This document shows, piece by piece, positions 39,403 to 52,300 of a DNA stretch of 64,000 bases. Source of the DNA: Ruditapes philippinarum. Its lineage: Eukaryota. Each line of letters starts with the position of its first letter. Position 1 is the first letter of the stretch. The notes beneath the pieces are model-generated. The model was not told the origin of the DNA. It saw only the letters and a list, made by a program, of their open reading frames with translations, and searched no databases. Made by a program: the position numbers and the translations under genes. Where the stretch lies: positions 124,001 to 188,000 of the forward strand of contig NW_026859978.1 in assembly GCF_026571515.1 (NCBI RefSeq), read 5' to 3'.

Positions 39403-40092
39403 ACATGGCTGTAAAGTTTTTTAACAACATCATTTAGCTGTCTTATTACATTTTTCCCTCACAGAAATTGTAAAACTATCTTAAATATTTGTTAAGACAC
39501 ATTCTTTGCTATAATTCAAGTAATACAAGTTAAGAATTTTATCTTTTATAAAAGCACATTATGTACCAGTCATTTGTAACCCATTCCCCTTCACCCCTGG
39601 GCAATGAAAAGGCCAGAAGGCTGAGTTTTTTCACTGCACTGCAAGGGATATACATTGTTTTTGATTTTGTACCAACTAATAAGAGATACACATTGTAGGG
39701 AGGGGCATGTAAGAAATAAATCTTCATTTGATTTACCAGCATTTCTCAGTGTTTCCTAGTGGGATGTGTGGGATGCAGGAATAGGTTTACAAATTATTGG
39801 TGCAACATGTAGAAAGAATATTTAAGTGAAATATAATGCTATAATTATTACCTTTGTATAAAAATCTAATTTGATCCTGTGAGGTTTTCTTTTTTTAAGT
39901 TAAATATAACATGTGTAACAACTAAATCTATAGTACTGTAAATTCTGATAAAGTTTGAATTACTTTAGTTGTGAAATAAACCATACTCGAGCTAAGATAT
40001 TGTTGTTCACTAATAGATTTTCGTGCATTTTTGTATTCAAATGTGACATAAAGAAGAGTGACCAGAAGTTAAAAGAATTCTATACAAAACTT

Positions 40093-40327
40093 GAGCCCCG
40101 TCATGACAAAACCAACATAATGGGTTTGTGACCAGCATGGATCCAGACCAGCCTGTGCATCCGCGCAGTCTGATCAGGATCCATGCTGTTAGCTATCAGT
40201 TTCTCTAATTGCTATAGGGTTTGTAAGCGAACAGCATGAATCCTGATCAGACTGCGTGGATGCGCAGGCTGGTCTGGATCCATGCTGGTCGCAAACCCAT
40301 TATGTTGGTTTGTTCGTGACGCGGCTC
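40093..40327. mobile_element. Family-A MITE (Sola2-like)
   Basis: Same TIRs; TSD actt/actt. Confidence 0.85.
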
Positions 40328-40359
40328 ACTTCTGTATTTTATCTTTTCATAGATAATTA

Positions 40360-40502
40360 ATATCTGTTGCAGTTCGGATCGAATATCCGTCCCTCGGGGA
40401 CCCGCCCATTGGGCAGTAACGAGGCGTACCGAGTTACCGCCCATGGGCGGGTTCCTGAGGGACGGATATTATTATCCGAACCGTAACCATGTCAGACATA
40501 TT
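40360..40502. repeat. GC-rich long hairpin, probable transposon terminus
   Basis: ttcggat..aatatccgtccctc.gg.acccgcccat / atgggcgggt.cc.gagggacggatatt..atccgaa. Confidence 0.65.
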
Positions 40503-42012
40503 CCATTATATTTTAAACTCATTACCATAATGAAACAATTTACCATTGAAATTATGACACAACACCCATGACTATTTTCTTATAACAGCGTATGAAATTA
40601 CAACTTCATCCAGATGAAATTTCAAGCATGGATAAAACTAACGGAAACGCCAGTCTGATATGCAAGAAATACATTGTTAATTGAAATATTTTGAAATATA
40701 AACATATGTATAAACAATTGCGTGGGACGGATACGTTCTGTACATATAATTTCTGTAAAACTCTTTTGAGAAGAGGTCCGTTTTGTTTCTGAAGTGGAGA
40801 TGTTAAACTTTGCTACAAACAAAGGTTAAATGTTTGTTGAACGTTTTTCATCATACGCATCATGCGCCCGAAAAAATATTTGCGTACATTGTTATGAACA
40901 TAGTCGTCCGTCCGTTTGTCTGTAAGCAGTTTTTGTGTCCGGTCTGCATCTTTTGAACCGGTGAAAAGAAAATGAAATTATTAAACAGAAATGTAAACCA
41001 TAATGAGTGCAGTTTTTGACATTTTTAAGGTCAAGTTAATATCATCATTTTTTCATCAATTTCAAAATTTCGTGTCCGCTCTGTATCTTTTGAACCGATA
41101 GAAAGAAATAAAAAAACTTTGTGGCAGAAATATTACTTATAATTAATGGGACAATATGAAGAACACAGGTTCGAGCTATCTGAGATAAAAATTGGACCCG
41201 CCCCGGGAAATCCTAGCATGTACCCGCCCACTGCTGTCCTCAACAGATAAAGTTCTTTATTTTGTTGCCCATATTATGATAACAACGATTGATGTGTATA
41301 TCGCCACCAAAAGCTAAGGGTACTTTAGCCGTGCACATGCTTTATGAATAGGTTTACATTTAAATCTGCTTAATGATTGGTAGGTTATTCTAACTTTATT
41401 TCAAAGTCCCGGTATATTTTGCCTCTTGTATAGCAGAAGTTATGAATTTGTAAACTATGATGACAAGCGAGATTTTACGCACGTGTAAATGGCTGCAAAG
41501 GAACGATTAGCTGTGCACTGCATACCTTTAGAAGAGTCGAATAAAATGCTACCTTTGTAACCTAGACGAATGCCTGTTTAGATTGAAATTAAAGACACGA
41601 AAATTCCATTACGCCCGTACTCGTTTATACTGTGACACGTCGGGTACGTTTTACTAAATGTCGTAATTTGCCATGAATCCCACACCACGTGTCTTATTTA
41701 TAGATAGACAGTGTTGCTCGTAATTGGTTTATCATAATGCATGGAGCATTAATTATATCCCAATTAAACGATATATAAACTTTTTATTAGCAAATGACCA
41801 ACGATAAAACATCAAATTTGAGCATAAACATAGTATATATTATCGGCACCAACCAGCACACGTGTTACTTTGCTTTACTTTATTTAAGGCGGCTATTTAA
41901 CTTTTTGGTCCCCACATCACTATGCAAATCATCTGAAAAGAAAAATACAAAACTTTAAAAGATAAATTTCGTCAAAACAAACTTGTTTCCTACTTTCTAA
42001 AACTCAACAAAT

Positions 42013-42141
42013 GTTTCTCTACTTGTTATAGGGTTTGTAAGCGAACAGCATGGATCCTGATCAGACTGCGCGGATGCGCAGGCTGGTCTGGATCCATGCT
42101 GGTCGCAAACGCATTACGTTGGTTTTGTCATGACACGGCTC
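42013..42141. mobile_element. Family-A MITE, right half only
   Basis: Right TIR ending cggctc; aaat on both sides. Confidence 0.8.
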
Positions 42142-42982
42142 AAATGTTCATTGTACAGTCCATTATTTGTACGGAACATCGTCTTTCCATTTGAAGAAAA
42201 TGTAAATAAAAGTGTTTTGCAAAAAAGCCAGAAATTTAAAATTGGCCGTTAGGTGTAAAGCTGATTTATGTGAATGTTTTTATTTACTTGTGTTTTTATT
42301 AAGACTCGCAAAATAAATCGTTTCATTCCGCGGTAAATCATGCGTTTTATTTAAATTCATATAAGACTGGGCTGCTATTTTTTGTATTATTATAATTATA
42401 TTTCCTTAATAGCTAAAATCATTTTAGCTCTAATAAATTTTCATTACAGAATTTTTAAGTCCTTATATCAAGTCAAGTAAAGGAACTTTAATTTTAAGTT
42501 AATATCGCAACGACCAAATTGCATAACTGCTTGAAATTAATACGAGAAAAAACAATAAGAGTTAAATATAAAACATGTTTAAAATGTAAGGCAGTGGTAC
42601 ACAATTACCAATTAGTCAAATAATAGTATTGTCTTTCATGCGTGTAAAGTTTTAAAATTTTGTCTGCTATTATTGTAATTCTAATTTGTGTCAGTTGACT
42701 TTATGTACTTCGTAGAAAGATGTTTCGTTTCATTTTCTGTTCTGATAACCATGCATACATAAACAAACAGGTTTAATCTGGGGGTTGCTTAAAGTGTACG
42801 TAAGTGGATTTGGGATATGTTTGTTCTATAAAAACGTTATCTCCGAATGCGAGTTTGATAAATAAAAGTACGCCAGGTTACAGTGAACTGGCGTTAGTTA
42901 AATTATGATTAATTTCTGTTTTTGAAGTGATTTAGCCTGCTGAATAGTTTTGCGTTTGAACATGTCGTGGTAGACGCGAGTC

Positions 42983-45900
42983 ATGAGTTTCACAAATTCA
43001 ACAAGGAATTTAACCGTGATTGCCAGGAACGCTGCAGATGGATTTTATTATGCGGGTAAACTTTTTATCATTTTATTATACGGTTAATCATTTCAAGATT
43101 TAATTCACTATATATAGATTGTTGGAGCAGTACCTTTAAACGATTTGCATTTTACCGTTTTAATTCATATATTTGTGTACGGCAACTTAATATGTATATT
43201 AGTAATTTTCTTAGTAGCTATACTTATATAATTATGTATTATCTTATTGTTAAACAGTTAATCATTTTATTATGCGAGCAATCTTTTTTCTTTTATGTCG
43301 GTTAATCAATTCTATAATGCAGGCATTTCTTTATTTATATGTATTACAACAGCTTGAATATATATGTGTTGTAAGTATAACTTTATTTTGCGGGTAATTA
43401 TTATATTATACGGATCTTTAAATGTCTGTTTTTCTTTTCTGATAATGCATTAAAATTCGTAGGAAATATTTCCTCTAATATGCACACAAATATTAACAGT
43501 ATTCCGGTATAAAGCAGAAAAAAGAGACGCGTGAGTAAGTAAATGCTAAAGTTCGCCTCTTTATTTGCCGAAATGCATTTTAATCAATGGATGAAAAATT
43601 AAGAATCGGCGAAGAAAAAAGCGATATTTTTCTACTTAATTTGTGCAAGCGTTTAGGTCCGGGGAACTGCTTCAACACTGTAGTGAGTTAAATCAATTTT
43701 AAAATACATAAAGCCTTATTAACAAGTTATTATGTAAAGAAATATCAATATTAACTCTATTTTTCGTTTAAGTAAACTGATTTTAGTGTTCTAGCTTCAC
43801 AATTATTGTAATCAATGCTTGTTTGTAATCGATAGCCAAGTTCACCTTACCCGTTTTTCAACCCCGATTATTTCATGATAAGGAGCTATTGGAAAATGCA
43901 TTTGTCAAAGTCACTCCATAACATATTCGTGAAATGCATGCATGTATTCAGTAGAGCTGTTCAATAAAAACTTTCAACCAGTGCAGACTATAATCGGACC
44001 GTGCCCTGCACTGTTCGTTATTAAAGGCACGTTATGATTCAGAAATGTTTTTTTTTTCTTCTTTATAAATAATATCTGTTAGTTTGTTTTAGACCATGTT
44101 AGGTGATAATAACCTGAAGAATGTTGCGCTGAATGTGTAATTATTTTGTCATAAAAGTAGAAAAATGTGAACAAACCATACATAATCACCATAATTGTAC
44201 TTATTATGTAGTACAAAAATCAACAGAAGAAAAAGATGGTTCAGGTAATTGGCCAGTGTGTAACTTTAGAGAAATGATAACAGGATACCAAAAAATAATA
44301 TCTCCTAAAATGAAAAATGGTCCTGTCCATATTGAAAGATGGGCAGTTGCGAAATCTCTTTACGTAACCTATGTAATGTTGCATTAATACTCACAACATT
44401 TAAATGTTTCCGAGTGAAAAAATATCATTATAATTAAAGAGAAAAAATATTATTATAAAGTAAGTATCAGGTCGGAGAAACTGTGATCCCGATAATGAGT
44501 TATGTGTATAACTGTTGGTTTAACTTACATTTTTAGGAGCACGTTAAATAAGGTATTCATGCGCAAAGAGACTAAAATCAAGTTATTTTACTCTCCTTTT
44601 TTCATGGACCATTGTAACTGGAACTTGTACTATATAAATAATTATTATTGCTTTAACAGGTTTCATTACTAAAGGGATTACAAATGAAGAAGAATTCCAT
44701 CATGTGACATTCTACAACATCAGACCTCAGGACGTACTGCCAAATGACGTCATCAATATAGGTGGCGCTGTGCCATGGCCGACATTAAAGGTACATTTTA
44801 TGTAATAATAATAAAACAATAATAATTAATGATGATCATGATAGTAATAACTATGATAACTTTTTTTAAGAAGGTCACACATGAAGATTTAGCAAAATAC
44901 AAATAACATACATGTATCTTAATTCTTGACAGTAACAAAATACTACAACGGTCATAACTTAGACGTTTTCGTAATTTTTCATTAACACATGTAGGCAAAA
45001 TTAAACTGTTCAATATGATTTCTTAAAACTTGGCATGCTGTTAGAATATGATAACAGAAACATTTTAAGCGAAAAAATGGGGGTCACCGTCCTCGTTATT
45101 GAGTTATCTGCCCCTGAATTGGACTTTTTTGCTTAAGTCAAGGGCAGATAATTCACAATGAAGGCAAACAATATCTACTTTTTCTGATTTATATAGTTTA
45201 TTTCTGTTTGAGTCAATGTGCAAAATTTCAAGAAAGAGTAGATTGACTTTTTCCATTTTTTTTCTAAACTTGTGCCCTTTTTTTCTTAAAAAAGTCCCTA
45301 TATTCAAACTGAAAAAAAAAAACAGAAATAAGATATGGAATTACCTGTGATTATGTGTTGTGATCAACAATACAAAGAAAAACATTATTCAGAGGAAAAA
45401 ACTTTGACACATACGTAAAAGTTATCTGCCCTTAAAATTACCTGAAATAAGTAAAAATAAAATCTGATTCAATTGACAGATAACTGAAAACGGTGAGAAA
45501 AAAACCCAGACAATTTCATTAGTTGCAATGTATCTTAAACACAATTGCATTTTAACTTACTTTTTATAGGTCTGTTTAGCGTTACGAATATTAGGGGTTT
45601 AGATATATTGAAAAAAAGCAAAATAACTATCCTGGCTACGAGTTTTCCAATGTGTAGCGTTGGCTTCATAATGGCCAAGTTAAACAACCAATCAAAATGT
45701 TCGAATCTCATAAAGGCCGACTTTACTCGTAATGGCCGTGTTCTTTTCATAATGCCCTAATTTATATCGGCCCTGAATGTATAATATTACCGATTAACGC
45801 GCCCAGTATTGCATGATTATTAAATAAACATGCATACTAAATATAATAGAATAATGATGTTTTTTATCATTATATATTGATCTGCAAGATATGTTTTGTT

Positions 45901-46284
45901 CAAAAGGTGTAAGAGAATTAGTGGAGCAGATATTATACATGGTATTGAATTCCAAATATGTGCACCATTGTAACAAAACGTCAATCATAATTTGTTACAT
46001 TCTATCTTTCGATCTGCTCACCTAATACATGTTTTAAGACATAATTAATACACAAGACGTAATAACGACATAGATAAAGATCTGTTTGCAATCAATATGA
46101 ACAGTCTTTGAAATACAAGCATGGTATTATCTGGGAACTCTTTCTTAAATGATTCAAAACATTCTCGTATGCGTTATTTGCACGAGAGTTATTTAAACTA
46201 AATTATTTGATTTTGGGTTTAATGAGTACGTGACATTATATAAAATTAAAAAGCTCTTATTACAACTTTCTAATAATAATAATT

Positions 46285-46358
<74 letters not shown>

Positions 46359-49300
46359 AATAATAAAGAAACAGACTTATCAACAGTTGTTATAATGGCT
46401 ATTTTCATGATGCCTTATATATATATAATTGCTATTGTCGTTTACAATAACAACAACAACAACAACAACAAAACAACAACACCAACAACAGAGAAAATCA
46501 GGTGACGTCATTGTGTTATCAAACCTTTAATACAAAAGAATTTCAGCAAGTTAGTGGTACATCATGAATTAAATGTGTTTGTTTATACAGATAGGAGACT
46601 ATGTATTAGTTGCGGTACGATGTAGAACAAGTGGTCTTCAATGTTATATGCCAGGAAGGGTGGTATGTTTGCCTATAGATCTCCGGCGAGAAAATAGATT
46701 CTACACCCTAAAATTATATTCCGGGAGAACTGTAAGTTGAAATATGTTCGTCCCGTAGCTAACGAGAAAATGTTATCATTCGTAATAACGAGATATGCTA
46801 TTAATAAAATACATTACTATAACATGTATAAGCCATGAATATAAGAAAATTATCAAAATTTAAATTATTATGAAATACGAAGTCTTAATAATAAATAGAT
46901 TATTATGATATCATTTCGAAATATGAAATATTGAAATATGAGGTAAAGGCTTTCACATTATAAAATGGACTTTAAATAATACATTTACTTAGGTAAATAA
47001 AAACGATATAGATCAATAACAAAAATACGGGTTTATTTGTTTATTTCAGACTACCAAACCTAGGAGGTACATCATTAAGATTGGCCAGGATAAGTTTAAC
47101 GAAATTACTGATTATATATCAAACATCCGCTATAAACAACCTAAAATGTTTGTATCTGAACCAGATTTGAGGTATTTAAAATTATATATTATTATTTCTA
47201 TCATTTGACTTCTGTTGTATCCCTAACGTTTTTCCATATATCATTTAACTATTGATTATTCATATACACTTTACCGCATTTCTAGTTGGTCACCCCTTTA
47301 AAAAGTCTTATTTATATCATATGGTGGCTGTTTGTGCCATGTCGTCTTATTTTTGCTCCGCGGGGCACCGGATGAAAATACGACAGTCAACATTTTGTCG
47401 TACTTTCGCACGGCTGTCGAGTTTTCGTGAAACACGAAAATATGACAAAGTCACTACTTTATCGTATGTCTCGCGAAGCATCAGGAGAAACTATTTTCGT
47501 GTTCATGCCTGGCGCCCCGAAGAGCAAAAATACATTTGGCACAAATCAGCCACCATAATATCAACTTATACTTTCTTACATATTAGACTTAGTAGTAACA
47601 TTTTGGTTCTTTTAGGGAATTTCCAAGAGCAGATAATTCAAAACTTATTTGATTTCTGGTATTAAAATTTCTCGTTTGTTACTTTTTTCTTTGCCAAGAA
47701 GATTTTATGCTTTTGCAAAATGTTATGCCTTTTTGAAGAAAACTACAGTATTTCTTCTTATAAAAGCATAGCAAGATGTATCTTTGATAGAAACAGTTTG
47801 CATTATTATTGAATAGCATAACAATGGAAAGCTTGATTCTGAGTTATTTGCTCTTGAAAATATCTGCTAACCAAATATCTGCTATAGTATACTGTGATGT
47901 TCAAATTTGTTTCCTGTAAAGCATCCGTTTCAGCCGTCTTCATTTCTGTACATACATTATTTCAGGTGAAAATGAAATTTTTGGTTATTAATTTCAGGGG
48001 GAGATTACTTGCGCGACGTCATAATGAGGACACTAATAATAGAAGTATAGCTTTTTTGTTTAACATTATCGTAAAAAGAACACTTTTAATTTGTTCTTAT
48101 TTCGGCTCAGCAATTGTCATTTTGGTTCCTTATATTTTTCCTCAGTGAATGTGCCTTTGCCTTACTTTGTCCGAATCCCGCCATTAATTTTAGATTCTTA
48201 TATGTGAGTGAAACTATCCATGGAGTTCGGTTGGTGCTACCATTCATGTGCCCCGTTCGTGCCATAAGTATTTCACAGCACCGGAGGTCTTCACAAACTA
48301 GTAAAGATAGCAAGTCACAGTATGACTTTAACAGTATCGAATTGACTTAAAAATACTGTGTTAAATTCTTTTTTTAGAATATTGTCCTGTCAGCTCAGCG
48401 TTCAACCTTTTGTCAAGTTAAGTAGACATATAATCGAGCCTTATTTGTCATTGGTTACATTTTAAACTGTTATACAACTTGATATCTCTCCTTGTCAACA
48501 ACAATATATCAATTATTTAAAAAAATGTATTAAACAGAAATGAAATTTACACAAACACACATAAAAGAGAACAAAGACCAACATTTATAACTAATCTTTT
48601 TTTTTCAGAGAGGTTAATCAAAAAACGCATCTGTTCTGCCGAAATTTGCAGAAGACGCCGCCATTGTCATCATCACTATCATCATTTGTATCATCACTAC
48701 GATCAGGTACATGTATATACAGTTTAACAATAGAAATATAACTTGTTAGTTTGCTTCAATACACAACGAATAGAGAAAATATATAACATACAATAAAAGT
48801 AAGCGTGAAAAAACAAGCCCTATACAATTATCTCAAAGGGTATAAAATGTATATCTAATAGGTTGTTTTACAAAATTTAAAGACCGGTTAATTTATGTTG
48901 TTGATGGATTATCAAAAGAATTGTATTGTTGAGCGAAACCCTAGACGCTCGTAACCAATTACAGGCGTATTGTAAAAAGATGGCACCTTAAGATGGCATG
49001 TTAACGTTGTAAAGACTAAAATCATGGTATTCCGAAAGTGTGGTCAATTACCACCTAGGCTTTGTAATGAGCAGTAGCGGTTCATTTCGAAAAGGCTTAG
49101 ATGCATTAGCAGATAAAGCACTTAAATGAATGTTTTCTCTCAAAAATATCATTTGAGGTATACCACTGCATGTAAACATTAACCTTTTAGATGCATATGT
49201 AACATCTATGTCATATTGTTCTGAACTGTTGGGTTTCAGCTAGAGCGACTCCATAGAAAATATCTGTCTACAAACTGCTATGGTGAAACGGACGGTTTCT

Positions 49301-52300
49301 ATAAGCTATTAACAGAAAAGTAAAACTATATGTTAATAAATAAGTGATTTGATATTGGCCCTGTTATTTGTCCAAGGGCAGTCGTATTGGCCCAATCTAT
49401 ATCATTTTTTTTTTTTTGCCCTGCTTAATTAGCCAATCAAATCATTTCAAATGCGGGCTTTATATCTATATCACTTTTCGGCCCGGGCCGAAAACGTGAT
49501 ATAGATATTGGCACTGTTTTAAGACAGGCCATTGTTTTATTGAACGTGGCAGGTGCTTTTTTTATAGGACTAATAACGTATACGAGAAAATGGACGCCAA
49601 TAACACTTTGACGTGACGTCATTTGCGCTATGTAGAAACATTTATTACCCTTCCAGATTTTTTCCGCCTTTTTGATTGGATATTGATCACCCGAAAGAAA
49701 TTGATATAACCGAGCCAGACGGGTAATATACACACTAAATTTCCCCGTTGGGTACCCAACGTTGTAAACGACATGCGCTGAGGTGATGCGCGTACGGTTC
49801 GATTTTACGCATTTACAAGCACTTTTTAACTGTCAAATGATAAATATTTACCAAAGTAGAGTAATGATACAAATTCCCATCAGTATTGAAAACTAATATG
49901 ACCTTGTGAAAGCTTGATATTAATTACAAAAAAGTGCTTTCAATAGACTACTCCTTTTCTCTTGTTTACATTCGTTAGGTACGGGAAAAATACGTCATGT
50001 ATTTATGTGACGTCATGTTGTGATGAAGAGGTACCCTAAAGGAAATCTTATTTCGACGTTTCATTTGAAACAGCAATGATTTTTTTTAAAAATCGTCTAA
50101 ACTCGGCAGGGGAAGGGTAATAAAATTATTATTTTGGTTTTGGAGTGATATATGTGGATATATTACCTGCCAAGATAAAATATCACCCTCGCCTAACGGC
50201 TCGGGTGATATAAAATCTTAGCAGGTAATATATCCACATATATCACTCCAAAACCAAAATAACATATAATATGTAGCGTTACTGTAAAGCGCGCTAATGT
50301 TAGCGTTACACTATAAACGCGTCATTGAAAAATTACTCATTTTAACAGTTTACTGTTCTTATTTTATACATGTGATAAAAAGAATATTATATTCGTGTAG
50401 ATTCAATACTAAATTTATTGAACTCGTTGAATAAGACAATATTAATGACATGATTTTATTCAACTTGTTCAATAAATTTAGTATTAAACTACACTCATTC
50501 AATATCCTCTATTTATTACACAGTTTAAAGTTACATTTAATAAATTTCGTAAAAAAACTAAATAGCGACATTTCATTAATAAATTGGGTTTTATATCGAT
50601 TCCAGGTCTTATTTTGGTGTCCAAACAACCAAAGTGAGTTTTATAAGCATGAAAATAGGTAACCTCATTGTGGCGAAATGGGAAGTACAATTTCTGTTTG
50701 CATGAGAAACTCCGCCTTCGGATTATCCGTACATCAATATTAAATCAACAAACATGACTATAAGTGGTACTCCAAATTTAACGGTATATTTCCGCATTGT
50801 AACGGATGTTTTCATACAAATTTAATCTTTTAACGAGATGATTACTTTTACTGAACCCCAGGTTTAGTGCACCGTGAAGCTTAAACGGTAAAACTGTGTT
50901 TGCACAAGAAAATATCACATTTGCTGCGTTCCCGATAGCAACTTTAAAACCGTGACGTAGCGCATACACGAGCTCATTATTGTCTTCATTTGCATGTTAA
51001 AATTCGTATACGAACTTTAGTGTTACCGTGGGGTTTCCCGTTTAAAATCCTAATTTATGAACAATCTTTGATGAGATTTACAACAATACTATTAAACAGG
51101 TTAATGAAACTGTAGAATGTTTGATTTTTAGGCCGACGGTAAAATATTTTTACATATTTATTTAATGTAACTTTAAGTTAAAGATATTTATATAGGAAAG
51201 TGGAGAGAGGCAGTTGACGTTTCAACGGCATTGACTCAATATCAAAAAAAATAAACAAACTTTTGAAATATCTGAATACTTGACAATACTTGATAATAAT
51301 AAATTCAGAAATCTCTCGGCTAGTTTTAGGTTTTCTTCGCATTGTTTAGTCATAGAGCAGGGTCGCCATAGAAACCAGAGAAGAAGTTCATTCTATTTGA
51401 ACGTGTCTGTTTTGTTTTTGTTTTTATCTCTTTTAGTTATTTTCTTTCCATTTTTAGCTCGACTATTCGAATAATAAGGAGAGCTACCCTAGTCCCCCGA
51501 GCGTCGGCGTCGGCGTACCCACTTATGTTAAGTTTATTTACCACCTCAAATAAATTTAAAGTTCATTGACATATGACTTTGAAGCTGTGCACACTTGTTC
51601 ACTATCATGCCCCAACATGCACACAGGAGGAGGTTACTGTATCAAGCAATGTCATATCGAATTACTATCAAGCACTGAGAATAGTCGAGCATGATGTCCT
51701 ACTGACAGCTCTTGTTAAGTCAAAAATTGATGATACATAATTATAGGTGCGGAATATAACATCCGAAAATGAGAGCAGTAGACATACGTCTTTATCTCAA
51801 CCTGATGTTAATGACACAAGCACACAGACTGATGGAGGGGAGTCCACAGACACAACCACCTCTTTTAGACCACCAAGAAAGCCTACACCAATAAAGCCTA
51901 CACCAAGAAAGCCTACACCAGAGGTACGTAACGTTATATAGTATTGATAGACAAAGTAGAAACCATTTACCAGCAACATTTGTGTAATGGATGTGTCCTA
52001 CTTTGTATTTTGAACTGTTTAATTGATTGATTAAAAGATTTGAATATCAAAAAAAGGCAAATACTTTAGGCTGAACTTTTTACAGCTTAGAGACTTCACA
52101 ATCTGCATGGCAAAAGCTAATCACTTGCGGTTTAATGTGATAATATGACAACAAATATTTTATTTCCACATATATTATACTCATTGGTTTAATATTAATT
52201 GATGTGGTTGTACCAGCTACATGTATTTGCAAAATATTTCATGTAATGATTGTTTATTTTAGAAATGTGCTCATAAAATGCATTAAAATGCAAATATATG

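Noticed and set aside
46230-46505. Poly-Asn/poly-Asp ORF resembling an acidic shell protein
   Set aside because: Intronic (AAT)n(GAT)n microsatellite with no ATG or signal peptide and no splice support.
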